A DNA stretch of 32,000 nucleotides. Source: Nostoc sp. PCC 7120 = FACHB-418 (GTDB lineage Bacteria > Cyanobacteriota > Cyanobacteriia > Cyanobacteriales > Nostocaceae). A model generated the notes under the pieces. That model was given only the letters and a program-made list of their open reading frames with translations, was not told where the DNA came from and made no database searches. The translations under genes and the position numbers were made by a program. Shown here in pieces: positions 8,247 to 14,915 of this stretch (its first letter is position 1; every line of letters starts with the position of its first letter). The stretch is taken from the NCBI RefSeq assembly GCF_000009705.1, contig NC_003272.1, positions 2,610,001 through 2,642,000 of the forward strand, in the 5' to 3' direction.

Positions 8247-9245
8247 ATGGCGATCGCACTCACACAACGCGAGGAAGAGGAACTTTGGGATGAAGCAGAA
8301 CAAACTAGTCTGCAACCTTCATCTATAGAACCATTTGAATTTTACGTGGAAATGCCGAGTTTTTTGGGAAGTGGCTATCATAAAGAAATTGAATTGCATC
8401 CCGAACTTTATCTGATAATTATTGATTGTGAGTACCGCGATGACTATGTACTCAAACGTCCAGCTTCAAATCATCCCTTGCAATTTGGTGTATTCCTCTC
8501 AGGAATAATTAAAGATGACGATAGTAGCTGGATTGGGGAAAGAAATGCGGTTATTTCTGGGGCTGGAATTCAACGGGAGATGAAGGTAAAACACTTTCAA
8601 TCTCCCCGGATATTGGGGATTAACATTGAGATGTCCCCTGATTTATTAGCAACTTTTTTCCCTGGAAAAGATGGAGGGATTCCCCCAGAATTAAAATTAT
8701 TGGCAAAGGAGGATGATTGGCAAACCTTAGTTTATCCAGAAATGACTCCAGCCGTAAGATTTTTGACACAACAAATATTTAATTGTCCCTATCAAGGAAT
8801 CACAAAACGAATTTATTTACAAGCGAAGGTGCTGGAGTTAATTGCTTTACAGGTATCTCCTCTCCTTACTGGTGAAGGATTTTCCCAACCATTACCATTA
8901 AAATCAGATACCATTGCCAGGATTCACCATGCCAAACAAATCCTTCTTTCTCGCTTAGAAAATCCTCCGTTGTTGATAGAATTAGCTGGGTTGGTGGGGG
9001 TAAGCGATCGCACTTTACGCAGAGGTTTTCGAGAATTATTTGGCACAACTGTATTCGGTTATCTTACTCAAATGCGGATGGAGAAAGCCGAACAGTTGTT
9101 GCGCGGAACTAATACGAATGTTGCCGAAGTTGCCAATTTAGTCGGTTATAGCCATCTTGGTCACTTTGCAGCAGCCTTTAAAAGAAAGTATGGCATTACA
9201 CCAAGTCAATGTTTGTTGGGTAAAAAGTCCGTTTCGGGACTGTGA
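8247..9245 (+). CDS. AraC-family transcriptional regulator, PchR-like (cassette 2)
   Basis: It is a paralogue of 2058..3053 (MAIALTQREEEELWDEAEQ versus MTITLTLAEEEELYAQAAQ) with the same C-terminal HTH pair. I chose the ATG at 8247 by alignment with paralogue 1. Confidence 0.85.
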   Translation: MAIALTQREEEELWDEAEQTSLQPSSIEPFEFYVEMPSFLGSGYHKEIELHPELYLIIIDCEYRDDYVLKRPASNHPLQFGVFLSGIIKDDDSSWIGERNAVISGAGIQREMKVKHFQSPRILGINIEMSPDLLATFFPGKDGGIPPELKLLAKEDDWQTLVYPEMTPAVRFLTQQIFNCPYQGITKRIYLQAKVLELIALQVSPLLTGEGFSQPLPLKSDTIARIHHAKQILLSRLENPPLLIELAGLVGVSDRTLRRGFRELFGTTVFGYLTQMRMEKAEQLLRGTNTNVAEVANLVGYSHLGHFAAAFKRKYGITPSQCLLGKKSVSGL

Positions 9246-9262
9246 TGCCGTTTGGGGATAGA
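9227..9262 (+). promoter_or_regulatory. Tandem direct-repeat box (GTCCGTTTCGGGAC.. / TGCCGTTTGGGGATAG) spanning the AraC-2 stop codon
   Basis: CCGTTT occurs twice with a 19-bp period. See 3038..3075 and 14770..14808. Confidence 0.45.
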
Positions 9263-9409
9263 CTCATAGATTGGCATTTCCTTACACTATTTGCTGTGAC
9301 TGTTAGAACTTTTATGCAATAAGCTGGCTGGATGGGACAGGCTTGCTGACTTTTATGTAAGGTTGCAAATCTGAAATTTTCCGGTTGGGTATGATGTGTG
9401 AGGATATCA

Positions 9410-11215
9410 ATGAAGCTAGATAGGTTGTGCCAAAGCCTGTTGTTAACCAGTGCGATCGCTATTTTAATCCCAAGTCCCGCCCAAGGTGAGGAAGTTGAAA
9501 CAGAAATTCGACAAGCCAAGCAAAATATTTCCCAACTGAGCGAAATTGAACTTCCTCCAACTAACGCTCGAATGTTGGTACAGACACCAACCAATCCCTC
9601 TACTCTCCAAGGCGATATTATACCTATAATGGGTGTGAAAGCTAATCCCACAGAGAAAGGTGTAGAAGTAATTTTAGAGACAGCCGCAGGGGATAAACTG
9701 CAAATCACAAATCGCAGTGAAGATAATAATTTTGTTGCAGATGTTTCTGGTGGGCAGTTGCGTTTACCCAATGGGGATGCTTTCACATTTAAGTCGGAAA
9801 AACCCATCGAGGGAATTACGGAAATTACAGTTACAAACATTGATGTGAATACCGTGCGGGTAACGGTAGTTGGGGAGAAAGCGTTACCTGCGGTTGAGTT
9901 ATTTGATGATGATATGGGGTTGATTTTTGCAGTAGCATCTACAGCCACATCTGCACAAACGCCGGAAACACCAACCGAAGAACAGCCAGCAACAGAGAAA
10001 CCTGAAGAACAACGCGCAGCCCAGCAGGATGACCCGATTGAGTTGGTGGTGACGGGGGAACGGGATAGTTATCGTGTACCGAATGCCAGTACGGCGACGC
10101 GGACAGATACACCATTGCGGGATATTCCCCAATCGATTCAAGTTGTGCCGCAGGAAGTATTGCGCGATCGCAATGCCCAAACTGTGTTTGAGGCAGTAGA
10201 AACCGTTAGTGGTGTTCTTGACGGTTCTAACAACTATGGCGCACCCGGTGGAACCAACATTATTAGAGGATTTATCTCATTTGACTCAGGAAGTTTACGC
10301 AACGGCTTTCGAGATTATGATTACTACTCCGTGTCATCTATCGGGACAATTGAACAAGTAGAAGTGCTAAAAGGGCCAGCCTCAGTTCTATTCAGCGCGC
10401 AGGAACCAGGTGGTGTTATAAATACTGTTACTAAGAAACCCCTCAGTACACCCTATTATAATGTCGCATTTCAAGCAGGTAATTATGGATTTTATCAACC
10501 AAGTATTGACTTATCAGGCCCATTAACAACAGATGGAAATGCGTTGTACAGACTTATCACCAGCCATCGAGGTACTGGAAGTTATATAGATTTTGTTAAT
10601 TCCAATACAACCACAATTGCACCCTCCATTACCTTAAAATTCGGAGAACGGACAGACCTAAATTTATCTTATGAGTACGTTAGATATTTTGCAGATAATC
10701 CAATATTTGAAGTTCCGCTACTTACCGATGGTAGCTTACCACCTCGAAATTTTTATTCTGCCTATCCTGATTTAGTCTTATCTGATATCACAACCAACAG
10801 AATTGCTCTAAATCTGAACCACGAATTCAGTGAAAACTGGAAACTTCGCAATAATCTGGCAATAGTTCTGAATCAAAGAACTTTGGCTCTTGCGTTGGTT
10901 TTATGGTGGAGCATTAAAATCACAGTTTTATAGAAAGGCTCAAAAACTTAAAACCCAGTCACAGCAATGAATGCAGGCTATCTTTGGGTTTTATTTATTA
11001 TTCTGTTCCATAAAATGAACTGAAGAGCCAGAACTTTAAACCGAACCATTTTTAACACCCTCATTGATGACCGCATTTTGACAGACTCATTTGCTTAAGA
11101 ATCTACTTCTTATGCAAATAACTACCTTGGACAAATAGACTTACTAGGAAACTTAAAAACTGGCTCAATTTCACACCAACTGTTAGCAGGCTTTGATGTC
11201 AACTACTTTGAGACT
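9410..11215 (+). pseudogene. TonB-dependent siderophore receptor, cassette 2, disrupted (MITE insertion, in-frame TAA, 3' deletion)
   Basis: The N-terminal 250 aa are nearly identical to TBDT-1. The reading frame is interrupted at 10885 by a 145-bp element. Receptor homology resumes at 11038 (NRTIFNTLIDDRILTDSFA*ESTSYANNYLGQIDLLGNLKTGSISHQLLAGFDVNYFETEYQ) with a TAA at 11096..11098. It ends abruptly near 11215, where binding-protein sequence begins. Confidence 0.8.
10885..11029. mobile_element. 145-bp MITE-like insertion inside TBDT-2 with an 8-bp target-site duplication
   Basis: AGAACTTT occurs at 10877..10884 and 11030..11037, flanking the element. The ends form imperfect inverted repeats: GGCTCTTGCGTTGGTTTTATGG versus the reverse complement of the other end, GGCTCTTCAGTTCATTTTATGG (18/22). 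Removing the element plus one duplicated copy restores a 52-residue spacing between the W.LRN and GSI.H motifs, compared with 53 and 52 in TBDT-1 and TBDT-3. Confidence 0.65.
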
Positions 11216-11217
11216 GA

Positions 11218-11379
11218 GTATCAAGCTTTTATTTTCAAAATCCCATGTTTAGCAGTCTAAAAGTAGTCAAAAACAATCGAGCTTATGTTGTCAGTCAAGA
11301 AAATTGGCGAGGGTTCGGTATGTCAGGAGTTAATAAAATATTGGATGACCTGTTTAAATACTTGCCCGAAGGTGGATAA
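11218..11379 (+). pseudogene. C-terminal fragment of the cassette-2 FecB/FhuD-like binding protein, fused by deletion to the receptor remnant
   Basis: It translates as SSFYFQNPMFSSLKVVKNNRAYVVSQENWRGFGMSGVNKILDDLFKYLPEGG*. The C-terminus of SBP-1 reads ASFYFQNPIFSSLKAFKNNRVYFVDKVGWYTLGISGANKTLDDLFKYLPYQ*. No N-terminal 270 aa are present. Confidence 0.75.
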
Positions 11380-11494
11380 CATCAATAATTAATCGATTAT
11401 GAAGAAAGCTGAGATGAAAATATAGCTGATTTATAACGTTAGCCTTCCCATTTCTGCGCGAATTGCCCAACAAACTCCCCATGTTCAGGCGAAT

Positions 11495-11590
11495 TTAATC
11501 GATTCCTTCGAGCAGTTCTGCTTTTTTAATGTGGGGTGCAGCCGCATACCGTCGTTCAAATTCCGAGCGAGTCAGGTGATCGCCATTTTC
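11495..11590 (-). pseudogene. Possible Uma2-family (DUF820) endonuclease N-terminal fragment
   Basis: The C-terminal residues of the 103-aa ORF read GDHLTRSEFERRYAAAPHIKKAELLEGID*. This resembles the N-terminal EFERRY...KAELIEG motif of Uma2 proteins. The rest of the fold is missing. Confidence 0.35.
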
Positions 11591-11642
11591 CAGAGTGCCA
11601 TTCGTTCTTGTAGGATGCGTTAGTCCAGCGTACCACATCACC

Positions 11643-11771
11643 CAATCCGTCCCCAACATCAACTGGATAAACACCTTGTGCGAAATACCGATGAAAACTA
11701 GAAACTCTGCGTTAGCGTACAGCTTAGTGCGATCGCCTACTAAATCCCCCGAAGTGGGAGCGATCGCACTC
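11643..11771. repeat. Conserved 3' flank of the Rpn-like gene (copy B of 3)
   Basis: See 7024..7117. It is followed directly by the 3' gene remnant at 11772..11891. Confidence 0.7.
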
Positions 11772-11891
11772 TTAAGAATTACCATCCAACCCCGACAACC
11801 AAGCATCTAAATCAGCCATACTGGTAAAATCAAGCAAAGCCTCACCGAGATTTTCCAATTGTTCCAACGAAAGGGATTTAACTTGCGATCT
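11772..11891 (-). pseudogene. 3'-terminal remnant (about 39 codons) of a third Rpn-like/DUF4351 gene copy
   Basis: TTAAGAATTACCATCCAACCCCGACAACCAAGCATCTAAATCAGCCATACTGGTAAAATCAAGCAAAGCCTCACCGAGATTTTCCAATTGTTCCAACGAAAGGGATTTAACTTGCGATC is near-identical to 7118..7237 and 12758..12870. Homology stops at about 11891. Confidence 0.75.
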
Positions 11892-11957
11892 AACTTAATA
11901 GATTATTGGCGATCGCAAATCCTGAGTATAGACGGCAATTATGCTTTCATTGCAGTT

Positions 11958-12332
11958 CTACCATTTGGCACAAGTATAGTTATTTAGGATATTTCCATCT
12001 TTACTCAGTAGGATATTATTACCTATTTGAGCATTTGCCGTAATAATTCGGTCAAAAGGATCGCGAGTCCAATTAATTGCCAAAGACATACTAATAATTT
12101 GGTTAAAGCTTTTATTGCATATCTGCAATTCAATCTGCTCAGATAGTTCAGCAATAATCGTATCTGGTTGATGTGTAATGCGTTTTATTTCGTATAAATA
12201 TTGTAACTCTAATCGAACAATTGCTGATATATAAATTTCATTATCATTAATTAAACTTTTAGCCAATTCACTTAATTTATCTGTCAAACCAGAATAAAGC
12301 CATACGACGACATGAGTATCAAGGTAAATCAA
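11958..12332 (-). CDS. vapC: PIN-domain ribonuclease, type II toxin VapC family
   Basis: MIYLDTHVVVWLYSG...ISAIVRLELQYLYE...DPFDRIITANA carries PIN acidic-residue motifs. It overlaps the upstream antitoxin gene by 14 nt. Confidence 0.8.
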   Translation of the reverse strand: MIYLDTHVVVWLYSGLTDKLSELAKSLINDNEIYISAIVRLELQYLYEIKRITHQPDTIIAELSEQIELQICNKSFNQIISMSLAINWTRDPFDRIITANAQIGNNILLSKDGNILNNYTCAKW

Positions 12333-12555
12333 TATTAATCTCCTGCTCCCAACTTATATTAACTAAATCATCGGGATTTCCTTGAATCACATCTGGCTTA
12401 AAAATCAAGTTTTTAAGTTTATCGGTTTTTTCCACAGGAACTATTTTAAATAGCTTACCATTTTTATTAATTTCTATGGGAATACCTGTTTCTACTACCT
12501 CATCTAATAGATGCTCAATATTATTACTCAATTCTGTTAATGTCACCTTTTTCAT
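12319..12555 (-). CDS. Phd/YefM-type antitoxin partner of the PIN toxin
   Basis: It is 78 aa. MKKVTLTELSNNIEHLLDEVVETGIPIEINKNGKLFKIVPVE is a typical Phd/YefM N-terminal fold signature. Its position and overlap with the PIN gene support the pairing. Confidence 0.7.
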   Translation of the reverse strand: MKKVTLTELSNNIEHLLDEVVETGIPIEINKNGKLFKIVPVEKTDKLKNLIFKPDVIQGNPDDLVNISWEQEINIDLP

Positions 12556-12656
12556 GGAGTTTCTTTGTGTGTTTAGTTTATTATCAGGTATCGCATAATA
12601 CGGTCAGCATCAGATGAACGACTGATCGCCATTAGTGTACTATCCTAATTATATAA

Positions 12657-12757
12657 CCGATAAAAACTAGAAAATCTGCGTTAGCGTACAGGTTCGTGTT
12701 AGATATCGCCCAGTCTCATAACTCTCCCTGCGATCGCTCGCGTAGAGGTATCGCTGC
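12657..12757. repeat. Conserved 3' flank of the Rpn-like gene (copy C of 3, core only)
   Basis: CCGATAAAAACTAGAAAATCTGCGTTAGCGTACAGGTTCGTG matches the cores of 7024..7117 and 11643..11771. Confidence 0.6.
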
Positions 12758-13603
12758 TTAATTACCATCCAATTCCGACAACCAAGCATCTAAATCAGCC
12801 ATGCTGGTAAAATCAAGCAACGCTTCACCGAGATTTTCCAATTGTTCCAACGAAAGGGATTCAACTTGTTGACGCACTTGCTGCGGTAATTCCCCTACAC
12901 GTCGATTTAGTAAACGGAAAATGAGCGATCGCGCTTCTACCTCACGTCCTTCTTCCTTAATTTCCCGGTAAACCCGTGTTTCTTTGAGTGTAATTCCCAA
13001 CATTTCCTCTACCTCCCTTTGGCTTTTCCCTTCAAACTTATAAACCATGATTGTCGTCAATAAATCTATGATGGCACGATTCTCTGGTTGAGGTACTTCC
13101 TGCTGACTCCTCTCTAGTAAATACCTAGCTTCTTCAGTTGCTTGTTCCTCATCAATTGTAGTTAACACCATCAACGCAACCCACACAGGTAATTGGCGAA
13201 TCTCTCCCAATTCATCTAAATATATTCGATGCACCTGTGGGCTATTAAGTTGACTGATGTAAGGAGTGATATCACTTTGTTCTAAGCTGCGGGATGGGTA
13301 AATGATCACAATTTGCAAATTACTAAATCTATCCCGGTTACGATAGAAATATAACCAAGATTCTGCAAATACTCTTTCATATAGTCTTTCGTCCTTTTGA
13401 AACTGCACCTCACAGAAATACACCACACCCGGACTTTGATTTTGTGGAGGCAGAAATACACCGTCAATTTCAAATTTTGGTTCTTTAACAGCTACCGAAT
13501 CAAAAATATATTCATCCGCATTAGTTGGCGGGTTTGTCAATAGCTCAAATAACAAACTAGGGGATTGTTGAAATAATTTATAAAATATAGAATCTCGACG
13601 CAT
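12758..13603 (-). CDS. Rpn-family recombination-promoting nuclease / putative transposase-like protein (DUF4351 C-terminus), copy 2
   Basis: It is 281 aa and a near-identical paralogue of 7118..8002, without the EEGR expansion. It is divergent from AraC-3, just as copy 1 is divergent from AraC-2. Confidence 0.8.
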   Translation of the reverse strand: MRRDSIFYKLFQQSPSLLFELLTNPPTNADEYIFDSVAVKEPKFEIDGVFLPPQNQSPGVVYFCEVQFQKDERLYERVFAESWLYFYRNRDRFSNLQIVIIYPSRSLEQSDITPYISQLNSPQVHRIYLDELGEIRQLPVWVALMVLTTIDEEQATEEARYLLERSQQEVPQPENRAIIDLLTTIMVYKFEGKSQREVEEMLGITLKETRVYREIKEEGREVEARSLIFRLLNRRVGELPQQVRQQVESLSLEQLENLGEALLDFTSMADLDAWLSELDGN

Positions 13604-13722
13604 GGAATATTTGCTTAAACCCTGGGAAGAATTTTAGCAGTGATAGATGTTTGCGTAGCGGTTTTTTTAGAGCGATCGCCTGGAAAATTTATTTTCTTCT
13701 TGATCGATTGCACGGTAAATTA

Positions 13723-13744
13723 TTGAGAAATAATATTATTAATT
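13723..13744 (+). promoter_or_regulatory. Fur-box-like / conserved promoter motif upstream of AraC gene 3
   Basis: TTGAGAAATAATATTATTAATT lies 17 nt upstream of the ATG at 13761. See 1963..1984. Confidence 0.35.
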
Positions 13745-13760
13745 ACGGAGTGCGATCGCC

Positions 13761-14768
13761 ATGACATTTTCAGAGCCAGTTTACTGGGACGTGGATCAGA
13801 AAGCTTATCGTGGCTTTGAAATGATGTATCAACAATCTGGGTCTGAAACAGTATCTAGATTACCAGAGTATATGGGAACAGGAGGCGATCGCGTTACTCA
13901 GCTACGCAACGGATTGGTTGTTTGCATTAGGGAAGCTCAACTGTGGCAACCTTTAAGATTAAAACAACAACATCAGTCTTCATTTCCGCTTACGGCAAAG
14001 TTTTATCTATCTAGTGGTTCTAGGGTAATTACCCCTGGTGCTGTGCATATCCCAGATGACTATGAAGAAACTACTGGTTGTAACTACATTTACCACCTGC
14101 CCAACATCTTAGAATACGAGGAATGGCGGGCAAAAGAAAAAATTCAAATGGTGATGATCTGTGCAGACATCAATTATTTTCAATCCTTCACCTCTGATAA
14201 TGAATTTCTGCCAGAACCCCTGCGGCGATTGATTGAATTAGATTCATCCGCGCAGTTTCATCAATCTTTAGGCAAAAACACTCCAGCCATCCAACAGATT
14301 CTTCAGCAAATCCTCCATTGCCCCTATCAGGGAATCACTCGACAAATGTATCTTGAAGGCAAAGCTCTGGAAATACTGACCTTACAATTTACCAATTGGA
14401 AAGAAACTTCTCATCACTCCGTTTCGCTAAAGTTACGCAAAGATGATATCGAGCGGCTATATGCAGCGCAAGAGATTTTGATTCGGACGATGAACAATCC
14501 CCCATCCCTGCTGGGGTTAGCCCGACAGGTAGGAATCAACGAGCGTAAACTAAAACAGGGATTTCGCCAAGTCTTTGGTACAACAGTTTTCGGCTACCTA
14601 CAGGACTATCGGTTGCAGCAAGCCCAAAAATTGCTCAAAAAACGGGAGATGTCAATTGCTAGCGTTGCCACAGCTATAGGTTATACCAATCCAGAAGCCT
14701 TCAGTGTGGCATTTCGGCGTAAATTTGCAGTCAGTCCCAAAGCCTATCAATTGGGTAAAAATCGATAA
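13761..14768 (+). CDS. AraC-family transcriptional regulator, PchR-like (cassette 3)
   Basis: The conserved central motif is HCPYQGITRQMYLEGKALEILTLQF. The C-terminal HTH pair reads LLGLARQVGINERKLKQGFRQVFGTTVFGYLQDYRLQQAQKLL...GYTNPEAFSVAFRRKFAVSP. Confidence 0.85.
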   Translation: MTFSEPVYWDVDQKAYRGFEMMYQQSGSETVSRLPEYMGTGGDRVTQLRNGLVVCIREAQLWQPLRLKQQHQSSFPLTAKFYLSSGSRVITPGAVHIPDDYEETTGCNYIYHLPNILEYEEWRAKEKIQMVMICADINYFQSFTSDNEFLPEPLRRLIELDSSAQFHQSLGKNTPAIQQILQQILHCPYQGITRQMYLEGKALEILTLQFTNWKETSHHSVSLKLRKDDIERLYAAQEILIRTMNNPPSLLGLARQVGINERKLKQGFRQVFGTTVFGYLQDYRLQQAQKLLKKREMSIASVATAIGYTNPEAFSVAFRRKFAVSPKAYQLGKNR

Positions 14769-14769
14769 A

Positions 14770-14808
14770 GTCCGTTTCACAAAGAAAAAAGTTCGTTTCA
14801 CAAAGAAA
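14770..14808 (+). promoter_or_regulatory. Perfect-phase tandem direct repeat GTCCGTTTCACAAAGAAA / GTTCGTTTCACAAAGAAA (21-bp period), candidate AraC operator for the TBDT-3 promoter
   Basis: Two 18-nt units differ at one position. They start 2 nt after the AraC-3 stop and about 110-145 nt upstream of the TBDT-3 ATG. Confidence 0.5.
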
Positions 14809-14915
14809 TCTTAGATATTAAATCCGTATAATTTTTTTTACTCACTTTTGCAAAAAATTATTAACTATCAGCTAACTAACCTGATCATGGTTGCGTAGCA
14901 AGGATGTATTGGTAA

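Noticed and set aside
9196-10180. Minus-strand ORFs 9196..9948 (250 aa) and 9899..10180 (93 aa).
   Set aside because: They are antisense to the AraC-2 end and the TBDT-2 N-terminus. The same antisense frame is open in TBDT-1 because the two sequences are near-identical, which explains the length. There is no independent coding evidence.
11495-11810. The 103-aa minus ORF and the 71-aa plus ORF, considered as intact genes.
   Set aside because: The region is a composite of the conserved Rpn-gene 3' flank repeat and a short Uma2-like fragment. Only the last about 30 codons of the minus ORF resemble any protein family. I treat it as debris from the cassette-2 deletion.
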